Part shown: positions 47,444 to 57,694 of the stretch, in pieces
Layout: each line of letters begins with the position of its first letter
Position numbering within the stretch: the stretch's first letter is position 1
NCBI GenBank assembly: GCA_030390025.1
Contig: CM059432.1
Coordinates: 121,646,001-121,710,000 of the forward strand
Length of the DNA: 64,000 bases
Direction: 5' to 3'
Source: Squalus acanthias
Taxonomy: Eukaryota
Program-made: the position numbers and the translations under genes
The notes under the pieces: model-generated
The model's input: the letters and a program-made list of their open reading frames with translations, nothing else
Databases searched by the model: none
Told to the model about the DNA's origin: nothing

Positions 47444-49249
47444 TCATTGGGTACCGTTGGACGGGGCTGCGGCATCTGCGGGGCCGGTAGCAACCGCCAC
47501 CCTTCCATGCGAACTCATGAGGGTGCGCATGGCTCCCAACACTGATTCGATCGCGTCGGGATGGATAGGTGCACTAGCTCCCCTATCGGAGACAGGCGCC
47601 TGGGCTCGGACTGCGGGATTTTTATCCCTGGACTCCTTCCAAGGGTTCCTGCAGTTCTTGCGCCAATGCCCTGTCTTCCCACACCCGTAACAAGCATTAC
47701 TGGCCTGCGGGGCGCGGTTACCCTCCTGATGCCACTCCTTTTGAGCCGGGGCTGCGGGTCGTGCCTCATGCACCTTTCCCTTAAGGGGACGTGCTCCCGT
47801 ACTCCTGGTATTACGGTACCCTACTGTGAGTCGATTTAGGACCGACTCCTCTGTAGTGGCGGGGTTAGTGGGATCAAACCACACTTTTGCCTGCTCCCTG
47901 ACAGCTGGCAAACTGTTGGTTACTATACACCTGAGCCAATGAGTTAAACTGGCGCCGTCTATGCGGCGACGCGCTGGCGCGCCTGGGCAGCTACGCTGGT
48001 ATACTGGCCACAGCCTGTCGGCGAAAACCTTCGGGGGTTCTCCCTCCATCTGCACTGTTCGTCCCAATCTAACGAACGGACCTTCATCGTCCATTCCCAA
48101 CACTTCTAGGACCTCATCTCTTAGCTCCCCATAGGTATTAGTTCCCCTCTTGCTCTCGTCTGAGAGACACTGAAGGATCGAGCTGTCTAATGAGAATAAC
48201 AGCATTTTTGCTTTTTCCCCATCGTCGCAGCCGTTAATGGCTGCGGTTTGCTCTACTTCCCTGAAATGTACGGAAGGGTCGTCTGACTCGGCCAGCTTCC
48301 GTACGTGACTGATCATAACCCTCAGCTGGTGTGAGCTGTGAGGCAACACAAGCTGGTTGAGGAGATCCCCCTCTTCCCCACCTGCTCCGTTCGGGCCCCT
48401 CTTGATACCCGTGACCGGACACAACGGTCCCGGCTTCACTTCTACCTCAGTGGGCTCTTTCTCTACTTCTACCACTTCCTCCCTCACCCAGGTTGCCGAA
48501 TAGCTGGGTGGCGCGGAGGGCACAGTGGCTAATACTTCCTCTGCTTTGTTCGGTGGGGATTTCTGAAATCCCTCATCTACTAGCGGCTGGTGTGCTGACG
48601 GGCTGATAAGGCACACCGTGCCGTGCGCTTTGTTCAGGGCCTCTTTAAGGTTCCCTATCTCTTTTTGGCAGACGCTGTGATCGGCCCCCTGAAATTTATC
48701 CTCGAGGGCCATCTTATATGCCGCCCTAACCCCCGTTAAGCTCTCTTCCTGGACTTTTATTTGGGCAGCTAGGCGGGCACATCGTTCCTTTAATCTGCCC
48801 TCATTTAACTTTGCCTCAGTGACCTGGCACTCGAGGTAATCTATTTTTGCCTCATGGTGGTTGGCGACTAACTGGCGTTCTTGATGCAACGCATTTAAAG
48901 TCGCGATGAGCTGCTGCCCCCCCGCGACCTTCTCATCCATTTCCACCTCTAAACTCTTGATCTGAGCTGCCTGCGCTAAGATGACCTGGTCCGAAATTTG
49001 GACTTGTCTTTTATAGCACATCAGCCAAACCGCTTTCTCCACTGTTTTTTTATGTTCCTTGCTATCTGTCCACCTCTCGGCTGCCTCTAGTGGACGCTTA
49101 TCCACCAGCAGGTCACTTATCCATTTCTTGGTCAAATTCACTTTTCCAAACACATAATCTGCTATTCTCTCTTCCTTGACATTTCGCCCATTCATACCAG
49201 GGTCTAACACATTATTTTCTCGCTGCCAGTGTCCTGCCGCGGTCGTCAT
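47444..49249 (-). CDS. gag: Gag of copy C, 601 aa, intact
   Basis: Full-length homolog of 35022-36833 with CCHC knuckle. Confidence 0.95.
   Translation of the reverse strand: MTTAAGHWQRENNVLDPGMNGRNVKEERIADYVFGKVNLTKKWISDLLVDKRPLEAAERWTDSKEHKKTVEKAVWLMCYKRQVQISDQVILAQAAQIKSLEVEMDEKVAGGQQLIATLNALHQERQLVANHHEAKIDYLECQVTEAKLNEGRLKERCARLAAQIKVQEESLTGVRAAYKMALEDKFQGADHSVCQKEIGNLKEALNKAHGTVCLISPSAHQPLVDEGFQKSPPNKAEEVLATVPSAPPSYSATWVREEVVEVEKEPTEVEVKPGPLCPVTGIKRGPNGAGGEEGDLLNQLVLPHSSHQLRVMISHVRKLAESDDPSVHFREVEQTAAINGCDDGEKAKMLLFSLDSSILQCLSDESKRGTNTYGELRDEVLEVLGMDDEGPFVRLGRTVQMEGEPPKVFADRLWPVYQRSCPGAPARRRIDGASLTHWLRCIVTNSLPAVREQAKVWFDPTNPATTEESVLNRLTVGYRNTRSTGARPLKGKVHEARPAAPAQKEWHQEGNRAPQASNACYGCGKTGHWRKNCRNPWKESRDKNPAVRAQAPVSDRGASAPIHPDAIESVLGAMRTLMSSHGRVAVATGPADAAAPSNGTQ
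49231..49248 (-). promoter_or_regulatory. PBS of copy C (TGACGACCGCGGCAGGAC, one change vs copy D)
   Basis: Same position relative to LTR and gag ATG. Confidence 0.8.
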
Positions 49250-49511
49250 TTTCTGTAAGGGGTGAGACCTGTGGCTCTGTGCTTAGCCTGGGTGCTAGTG
49301 CGAGGTTAGGCCTTGTTGCCTGTTCTGGTCTCCAGCCAGCCTGGTAACACTAGACACCTGTGAGTGGTTCGACCCACTCGCCCTTACGGTTCTGACACTG
49401 GACTTAGGTGCGAGAGCAATAATGCAGAGAAAACTCAGGTAGACCCGGTTGAATAGTGCGAAATGGAAAATCTTTATTGCATATTATTCAAGATTACGAA
49501 ATACATGTCAT

Positions 49512-52500
49512 AGAACAGTACAGCACAGTACAGGCCCTTCGGCCCTTGATGTTGTGCCGAGCATTGTCCGAGACCAAGATCAAGCTATCACACTCCCTAT
49601 CACTCTGGTGTGCTCCGTGTGCTTATCCAATAACCGCTTGAAAGTTCCTAAAGTGTCCGACTCCACTATCACAGCAGGCAGTCCATTCCACACCCCAACC
49701 ACTCTCTGAGTAAAGAATCTACCTCGGACATCCCTTCTATATCTCCCCCCATGCACCTTATAGTTATGCCCCCTTGTAACAGCTGCCTCTACCCGAGGAA
49801 ATAGTCTCTGAACATCCACTCTATCTATCCCCCTCATCATCTTATAAACCTCTATTAAGTCGCCTCTCATCCTCCTCCGCTCTAAAGAGAAAAGCCCCAA
49901 CTCCCTCAATCTTTCCTCATAAGACCTCCCCCCCAAACCAGGCAGCATCCTGGTAAATCTCCTTTGCACTCTTTCCAATGCTTCCACGTCCTTCCTATAG
50001 TGAGGTGACCAGAACTGCACACAATATTCCAAATGTGGTCTCACCAAGGTCCTGTACAGTTGCAGCATAACCTCACGGTTCTTAAACTCAAACCCTCTGT
50101 TAATAAACGCCAACACACCATAGGCCTTCTTTACTGCTCTATCCACTTGAGTGGCAACCTTCAGAGATCTGTGGATATGAACCCCCAGATCGCTCTGCTC
50201 CTCCACGTTCCTCAGAACCCTGCCGTTGACCCTGTAATCCTTATTCAAATTTGCCCTGCCAAAATGAATCACCTCGCACTTATCAGGGTTAAATTCCATC
50301 TGCCATTTTTTGGCCCAGCTCTGCATCCTATCAATGTCTCTTTGCAGCCTACAACTGCCCTCCACCTCATCCACTACTCCACCAATCTTGGTGTCATCAG
50401 CAAATTTACTGATCCACCCTTCAGTCCCCTCCTCCAAGTCATTGATAAAAATCACAAACAGCAGAGGACCCAGCACCGACCCCTGTGGCACACCGCTGGT
50501 AACTGGTCTCCAGTCCGAAAATGTTCCATCCACCACCACCCTCTGCCTTCTATGAGATAGCCAGTTACTTATCCAATCGGCCGAATTTCCCTCTATCCCA
50601 CAACTCCTTACTTTCTTCATGAGACGACCATGGGGAACCTTATCAAACGCCTTACTAAAATCCATGTATACGACATCAACTGCTCTACCTTCATCTACAC
50701 ACTTAGTTACCTCCTCAAAGAATTCAATCAAATTTGTTAGGCAAGACTTACCCTTCACGAATCCGTGTTGACTATCCCTGATTAAGTTGCCCCTTTCCAA
50801 ATGGTCATAAATCCTATCCCTCAGGACCTTTTCCATTATCTTACCAACCACCGAAGTAAGACTAACCGGCCTATAATTACCAGGGTCATTCCTATTTCCT
50901 TTCTTGAAGAGAGGAACAACATTCGCCACTCTCCAGTCCTCTGGCACCATCCCCGTGGACAGTGAGGACCCAAAGATCAAAGCCAGAGGCTCTGCAATCT
51001 CTTCCCTTGCCTCCCAAAGAATCCTAGGATATATCCCATCTGGCCCAGGGGACTTATCGACCCTCAGGTTCTTCAAAATTGCTAAAACATCTTCCCTCAG
51101 AACATCTACCACCTCCAGCCTATCCACCTTTATCACACTCTCATCCTCAAGGACATGGCCCCTCTCCTCGGTGAACACTGACGAAAAGTATTCATTCATC
51201 ACCTCTCCTATCTCTTCTGACTCCATGCACAAGTTCCCACTACTGTCCTTGACCGGCCCTACCCTCACCCTGGTCATTCTTTTATTTCTCACATAAGAGT
51301 AAAAAGCCTTGGGGTTTTTCTTGATCCGACCCGCCAAGGACTTCTCATGCCCCCTCCTAGCTCTCCTAAGCTCTTTTTTTAGCTCATTCCTTGCTACCTT
51401 GTACCCCTCAATCGACCCAACTGAACCTTGTTTTCTCATCCTTACATACGCTTCCTTTTTCCTCTTGACTAGACATTCAACCTCTTTTGTGAACCATGGT
51501 TCTCTCACTCGGCCATTTCCTCCCTGCCTGACAGGGACATACCTATCAAGGACATGCAGTAATTGCTCCATGAAAAAGCTCCACTTTTCGTTTGTGCCTT
51601 TCCCTGATAGTTTCTGTTCCCATCTTATACTCCCTAATTCTTGCCTAATCGCATCATAATTACCCCTCCCCCAATTATAAACCCTGCCCTGCCGTATGGC
51701 CCTATCCCTCTCCATTGCAATAGTGAAAGTTACCGAATTGTGGTCACTATCTCCAAAGTGCTCTCCCACATACAAATCAAACACTTGGCCCGGTTCATTA
51801 CCCAGTACCAAATCCAACGTGGCCCCACCTCTTGTCGGCCTATCCACATATTGTGTCAGGAAACCCTCCTGCACACACTGTGCAAAAACTATCCCATCCG
51901 AACTGTTTGACCTATAAAGGTTCCAATCAATATTTGGAAAGTTGAAGTCACCCATGACAACTACTCTGTGACCTCCACACCTATTCATAATCTGCTTTGC
52001 AATTTCTTCCTCCACATCTTTATTACTATTTGGGGGCCTGTAGAAAACTCCTAACAACGTGACCGCTCCTTTCCTATTTCTAACTTCAGCCCATATTACC
52101 TCAGACGGCAGATCCCCCTCGAACTGCCTTTCTGCCGCTGTTAAACTATCCTTGATTAACAATGCTACTCCTCCACCTTTCTTACCAACTTCCCTACTCT
52201 TACTGAAACATCTATACCCCGGAACTTCCAACAACCATTCCTGTCCCTGTTCTAACCATGTCTCCGTAATGGCCACCACATCGTAGTCCCAAGTACCAAT
52301 CCACGCTCCAAGTTCTCCTACCTTATTCCGGATGCTCCTTGCATTGAAGTAGACACACTTCAAGCCATCTTCCTGTCTGCCGGTACATTCCTGCGACCTT
52401 GATACCCTCCTCCGTACCTCCCTACACTCACCACTGGCTTGTGGACTACAGCCCTTTTTCCCATCCCCCTGAGAAATTAGTTTAAACCCCCCCGAAGAGC

Positions 52501-52608
52501 CGTAGCAAATTTCCCTCCCAGGATATTGGTGCCCCTCTGGTTCAGGTGCAAACCGTCCTGTTTGTACAGGTCCCACCTTCCCCAGAATGTGCTCCAATTA
52601 TCCACATA
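49512..52608 (-). mobile_element. CR1 LINE, 5'-truncated in ORF1, complete ORF2
   Basis: ORF1 esterase end DGLHL (52477-52608); ORF2 EN+RT; short 3' UTR. Confidence 0.95.
49580..52597 (-). CDS. CR1 ORF2 (AP endonuclease + RT), uninterrupted; true start uncertain (EN begins ~52365)
   Basis: FNARS, ITETW, GDFN, SDH, NYRPVSL, GVPQGSVLGP, FADD. Confidence 0.92.
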   Translation of the reverse strand: MEHILGKVGPVQTGRFAPEPEGHQYPGREICYGSSGGFKLISQGDGKKGCSPQASGECREVRRRVSRSQECTGRQEDGLKCVYFNARSIRNKVGELGAWIGTWDYDVVAITETWLEQGQEWLLEVPGYRCFSKSREVGKKGGGVALLIKDSLTAAERQFEGDLPSEVIWAEVRNRKGAVTLLGVFYRPPNSNKDVEEEIAKQIMNRCGGHRVVVMGDFNFPNIDWNLYRSNSSDGIVFAQCVQEGFLTQYVDRPTRGGATLDLVLGNEPGQVFDLYVGEHFGDSDHNSVTFTIAMERDRAIRQGRVYNWGRGNYDAIRQELGSIRWEQKLSGKGTNEKWSFFMEQLLHVLDRYVPVRQGGNGRVREPWFTKEVECLVKRKKEAYVRMRKQGSVGSIEGYKVARNELKKELRRARRGHEKSLAGRIKKNPKAFYSYVRNKRMTRVRVGPVKDSSGNLCMESEEIGEVMNEYFSSVFTEERGHVLEDESVIKVDRLEVVDVLREDVLAILKNLRVDKSPGPDGIYPRILWEAREEIAEPLALIFGSSLSTGMVPEDWRVANVVPLFKKGNRNDPGNYRPVSLTSVVGKIMEKVLRDRIYDHLERGNLIRDSQHGFVKGKSCLTNLIEFFEEVTKCVDEGRAVDVVYMDFSKAFDKVPHGRLMKKVRSCGIEGNSADWISNWLSHRRQRVVVDGTFSDWRPVTSGVPQGSVLGPLLFVIFINDLEEGTEGWISKFADDTKIGGVVDEVEGSCRLQRDIDRMQSWAKKWQMEFNPDKCEVIHFGRANLNKDYRVNGRVLRNVEEQSDLGVHIHRSLKVATQVDRAVKKAYGVLAFINRGFEFKNREVMLQLYRTLVRPHLEYCVQFWSPHYRKDVEALERVQRRFTRMLPGLGGRSYEERLRELGLFSLERRRMRGDLIEVYKMMRGIDRVDVQRLFPRVEAAVTRGHNYKVHGGRYRRDVRGRFFTQRVVGVWNGLPAVIVESDTLGTFKRLLDKHTEHTRVIGSVIA

Positions 52609-55339
52609 ACATGTGCACAGATTAATGACAGTACAATCTTACACGCAGTTATGTAACTAATTTTAGGGAAACGAGGAGCGCACGACACATCGTAAAAGGG
52701 GGCACACATTACAATTATCCTTAAAACTCAAACCCTCCCCTATCAATACCTGTCCTAAACTAGATTTGTAGGATCGAGACTCATGCTCACCACTCATGAT
52801 AACTCGGAGAATTCCGAAACTCTGCTCGGATGTTTTTCCTGCAGCACCTGACCACCCACGTGTTGATCAGGGGTCTCTGTACCCCACTTGTTTACTCGTT
52901 TCTGCTCCGGCTAGCAGGCTGGACCGTCTGCTGTCATGAAGATCTGTGTTGTCCTCGGAGTTCCGACACGACTCAAAAAATAGTCTTCCTGTGCCCTCAC
53001 CAGTTTGTAAAACTCAAAGAATGGTCTTCCTGGGCAAGGAAGTGTTTATTCGACTTACAGGCGCGGTCGGGGCTTACTGACCGTGGCGATACGTATTGTC
53101 GTCTTCTTCTCTTCTCATCTCATCTCATCTCATCTCATCTCATCTCGGGCCTTCGGTTCCAACACCGTTTACCGACTTCTCGGGATGGTGTGCCCGCTTC
53201 AAGGCTTCACAGCCCAGTTCTTCACAGATCTTCGCGGCAAGCCACGAGGTTGATCCTGGCGGATCAGAAAGTTCAATAGTCTTCCAGCAAGTCAAACAGC
53301 AAGAGGCAGAGGCACGAGGCAAGCGGCAAGGAGTCAGGCGGCAAGAGCAAGAGTCAAGAGGCAAGAGCAAGAGTCAAGAGGCAAGAGACAGATGGACGGT
53401 TGTACCTTACAGTTATAGTGCTGTAATTCCTCTTTTCCCGCCCAATCTTAATGTCTTTCTTTTGTCAGGGTTTTGGCGCTCAAACTTCTTGTATAGGGTG
53501 ATCTGCGTTTTTAATGGGTTTCGGTGATACTTGTAACTGTCTGAGTACCCGTTAATACTTCTCCCATTGTGGAACCGGTCAGTATTCTCCCTGGAGGGGT
53601 TTTGGGGCTTCCAAATGTTTTCTGTAACTACCCGCAAACGGCTCTCTCATCGTAGAGTCGTGGGGATTTTGCATATTAATGTCTTTGGATGGGTTCTTGA
53701 TCGCTCGGTACAATAGCCCTTATTCGCACCTGGGAGACCGATTCCAGTATTTATGTGTAAAATGCAAACCCATTATGTCTTGTCAATTATCTCAAATGTG
53801 CTGAGTCCTGTACGATCTTGCACAAATGTTTATTGGAACGCCATCTTGTCTGCTCATTGAAAGTCTGGAACGTTCTGCCACGAGGCGTGGCGGCCATTTT
53901 ACAGGCTGTTTGTGTCCACTTTGAAAAACCTGACAGCATTCTGCTGAAATAAAGCTGTTTGTACGAAACTATATGTCTCCTTCTTATTTTATAAAAGCGT
54001 GATAATTTTGCGAATTCTAAACAAGGATGAGCGATTAATGTACCATATAACAACCCAGTATCACCACCTCTGACTAGATACTTCCATAATTACCGTAACT
54101 ATTTGATGTTAACTAAAGCATTTATATACTTACAGGTTACAAAAGGGCTGTTTGTATACATGTATGCTATCTGAATACAGTATAAATTGATTTAAATAGA
54201 AACATTTCTTTGTTAGCCTGGAAGCTGCTCATGAAGCACTCTATCTTGGCCTGGGGGAATGACCCAGGTAAGGGTAGGGTTGAGGGAGGAGAGAAATCAG
54301 TGGAGACATTTCAGGAACACGTAGGTCATAAGAAAAGTCATTAAAGCAGCACAGGAAGACAGCAGGGATCTAAAATGGCAGATCTCCAGAATGTGCAATA
54401 AATATTACCAAAATGAGAATTCTCCATTTGGCAAGAAATCTTTCTTTAAAAACACGCGATGAGGGAAGTGGGGAGGGAGGGAGAAATAGTTCATTCTGTA
54501 CCAAAAAGTAAAACACAGTCATTCCTCCTTTAATTGCTTGTGAAACTTTGAGAGAAATCTTCAGTGGAGGTAGCTTCCCTCAGCATAGTAACATTTGGGA
54601 TCTGCTCAATTCCCCTATGCATTTGCTTGAACCCACATTGCACCACTTCTAAATGATTATCTACGGCTCGATCATGCCTAAAAAAGAGTCGGTGCCTGCT
54701 ACCGGTTTTGGTACTGTTGTTTGGTTTCCACACATTTTTCAGCCACAATAACTCCATGGTGACCTGATTCCCCTTCCACAAAGATCCCAAGGACATGGAT
54801 GTGGAAGAATCATCTATGGAGACAGTCCAGCAGGAATTAATGGTCCAAATCTTGCTGGAATGGGGCATCTTGCAGCATGCACCATTAGTTAGACGTTCTC
54901 CTGCACCCTTCAGCGCGAATATAATGTGTGCCCAAACTTGCTGGAAGTGCGAGCTGATAGCGGGGAATCTGGGACCTTAGTGAACTACAGGACCAACAGT
55001 GTATCTCCTTAACCAATGAGATTTGAGGATCGAAAAACAAACAGAGGAGCAATGGAGAAGGACGATGAATAGAGTCAAATCAGGTACAGAAAGAAAAAGT
55101 AAGCGATGGAAAGAAAGATTTGATTAAGAGAGAGAAAAAAGAAAGGAAAAGTAAGATAAAATGTAAAATGTAAAGTTTGAAATTTTTTAAATCTCTAACA
55201 ACAAGTTATTGTTATAAAAGTGGGCTGAATGGTTTCAATGTTCAAGTCACTGAAAGCACTGTACTATCAACTGATCCCTGGCATCTCTGGCTGCAAAGTA
55301 TTGTACTGACCCTCCTTTTTCTGCTTCTACCTTACCTTT

Positions 55340-55720
55340 GCCCAAGGTGTTTAAAATCATGAAGGATTTAGATAGAGTAAATAAAGAGAAACTGTTTCCA
55401 ATGGCTGAAGGGTCGATAACGAGAGGGCACAGATTTAAAGTGATTGGCAAAAAAACCAGAGGCGACATGAGGAGAAACTTTTTTATGCAACGAGTGGTTA
55501 GGATTTGGAATGCACTGCCTGATAGGGTGGTGGATACGGATTCAATAGTAGCCTTCAGAAGGGAATTGGATAAATATTTGAAGGAGAAAAATTGCAGGGA
55601 TAGGGGGAAAGAGCGGAGGGAGTGGGACTAACTGGATTGTTCTTCGAAAGAGCCAGCGCAGACTCGATGGGCCGAATGGCCTCCTTCTGTGCTGCACTAT
55701 TCTATGATTCTACGATTCTA
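55340..55720 (+). mobile_element. CR1 3' fragment
   Basis: TRGH..F.QRVV..WN.LP peptide and ATTCTATG-type tail. Confidence 0.85.
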
Positions 55721-55879
55721 AGTCTTCTTCATCAGATGGTGACAGTTACAGTTTCTTTGTCTCCTACAAACGTAATCCTCACTGTATTGTCATGTTGCGC
55801 AACACACAGCACAATACAGTGATGAGGGAGACTTTATCTGGGGTATATTTTAGGGAACCACCAGAACTATGCAAGCACC

Positions 55880-56640
55880 TGAATCTTTGCTTCAAGAGTG
55901 TGGTCAGTGATTTTCTTGATGGGTCCAAGGCTCTTGTACCTGATCTGCACAGGTGTGGTGGGCTCTGGAGGGGTGTCATCAGTCAAGTTTGGGGAGGGCA
56001 TCCCTTATTCACTGGCAGCCATCCTCTAAGGGTGGAATAGTTAGTTGATTGTCACAGGATAAAGGTGTCATGATTGGCACTAACTTGCATGATCCACTTG
56101 CGATAATCACAGACCAGCTGGATGTTAATGGAGTGAAAGCCCTTTCTGTTGCTGAAAACTGCTGGCTTGTCTTCTGGTGCCTTGATGGATTCATGAGTGC
56201 AGTCAATATACCCCTGGCTATGTGAAGATAGCCACTGCTGCAAATCCCAGAGCTCTCTCAGTGTGACTCTTGGCATCCATAAGAAAAGTGATGCATTGAT
56301 TGGTCCTGACAAACTGGGTGTTGGTGAGCTACTTGATGCAGTTATGCATTGCAGACTGCAAGATGTGAGTGATGGCCCCTGAAGCATTCTGGAAAGAGCC
56401 TGAGGCAAAAATACAAGTTAAGGGGAATGGTGACTTTGACAGCCACTGGCAAACCATGGCCACCTGGTCTAGAAGGCAGCAGGTCTTGTTACAGGACGCT
56501 GCAGGGATCAACAACAGCCTGTCTGGAGAAAAGCAGCCTTCTCCTGCAGAGATATCCAGAAAAGTGACTTTTGGCCTACAGACCCTGTTGCCTGGGCAAG
56601 GCCTTCCACGTGCAATCCCCCCTCACCTGCTGTCTTCTAA
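55880..56640 (-). mobile_element. Decayed Harbinger transposase remnant
   Basis: Peptides GSFQ, NRKGFHSINIQLVCD, HDTFIL. Confidence 0.75.
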
Positions 56641-56854
56641 CACAAGCCCATCTACCCGAAGGGTCGTATGGCCTACTCCTGTTCCTACTTCTTATGTATG
56701 CTGCTCCTCCTGGTTGTTGAGGATGATGTTTCTGCTGCTGATGTTGCTGTCGCTGCTCCTCATTCACCTCCTCTTCCTCAGTCCAAAACAATGATGCAAG
56801 ACTGGCACCCACATTAAGCTGTGAGTAAGGCAAAAATGAAAAATCAAAACCAAG

Positions 56855-57011
56855 GGGGATCATTTTGATTATGGGTGATAGTGTGAAAAAGGCAACATTG
56901 ATTCAACCACCCTTTGACTTTGTGGAAATGAAAATCGGGAGAGATGTATAATGGGTGGCTGAATCGATATCGCCCGTTTCACACTATCGCCCAAAGTCAA
57001 AAATTACCCTC
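56855..57011. mobile_element. Short hairpin-like MITE
   Basis: ATTTTGATTATGGGTGATAGTGTGAAA vs TTTCACACTATCGCCCAAAGTCAAAA; related copy ~8310-8470. Confidence 0.55.
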
Positions 57012-57694
57012 AAGCAGTCTCCAAACTCAAAAATCCCTTGAAAATACAAACCATGTGATAGCACACAAACCTGTATGATCTGAGTGCCTGCACCTCACTC
57101 GCCCTTTAAATAGTCCTTCTAGAGGCACTCTGAAACCAATCGCGCTAGGTTTGGCTCAGCAGGTTGAGCACTGGCTGGGACTTCCCAGTTATCGAGTCAA
57201 AAATGCATAGAGTGCTAATGACCCTGATTTGCATGCATTCACGAGGCATCCTGCTTCCTGTGGGTGGCAGGACCCGACACGAAGGTTAAAACGGAAGCAG
57301 CCAGGAATCCAGCAGGATCACGGCCGGCCTATTCCCAACAAGCACCTCCAAAGTGTCTAAAATGTACTCTTACAGCCAGATTAAAGACCTTTCGATGCTT
57401 TGGTTAGCTGCTTGAGCAGTGCTAAAGGATTTTAGTGCCTTGATATTGTTGTGCCCACTCAAGAAGAAAATAAATCATTTTACAAAATCACCCATTTAAA
57501 AGCAAACACCATGTTATTAGTGCATCATAAAAAAGCACACAAAAAAGAGAAATGTAATGCTTAAAATCAGTCAATAAGACTTCGGATGCTTTCATTATGA
57601 TTCTACTGACAAGATTAAGGAACTTGTAGTAGTTCAACAGTTTTGTAAAAAATTGTCAATTAACATGTTGCCAAAAACTTGTTAACAGAAATAT

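Larger units (their letters stand above)
28857..54021 (-). mobile_element. ERV copy C: pol-less LTR-gag-env-LTR provirus carrying nested copy D and a CR1
   Basis: TSD CAAG at 28853-56 and 54022-25; two highly similar LTRs; env upstream region continuous across copy D. Confidence 0.95.
49254..54021 (-). repeat. 5' LTR of copy C, split by CR1 (49254-49511 and 52615-54021)
   Basis: Both halves align to 28857-30527. Confidence 0.95.
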
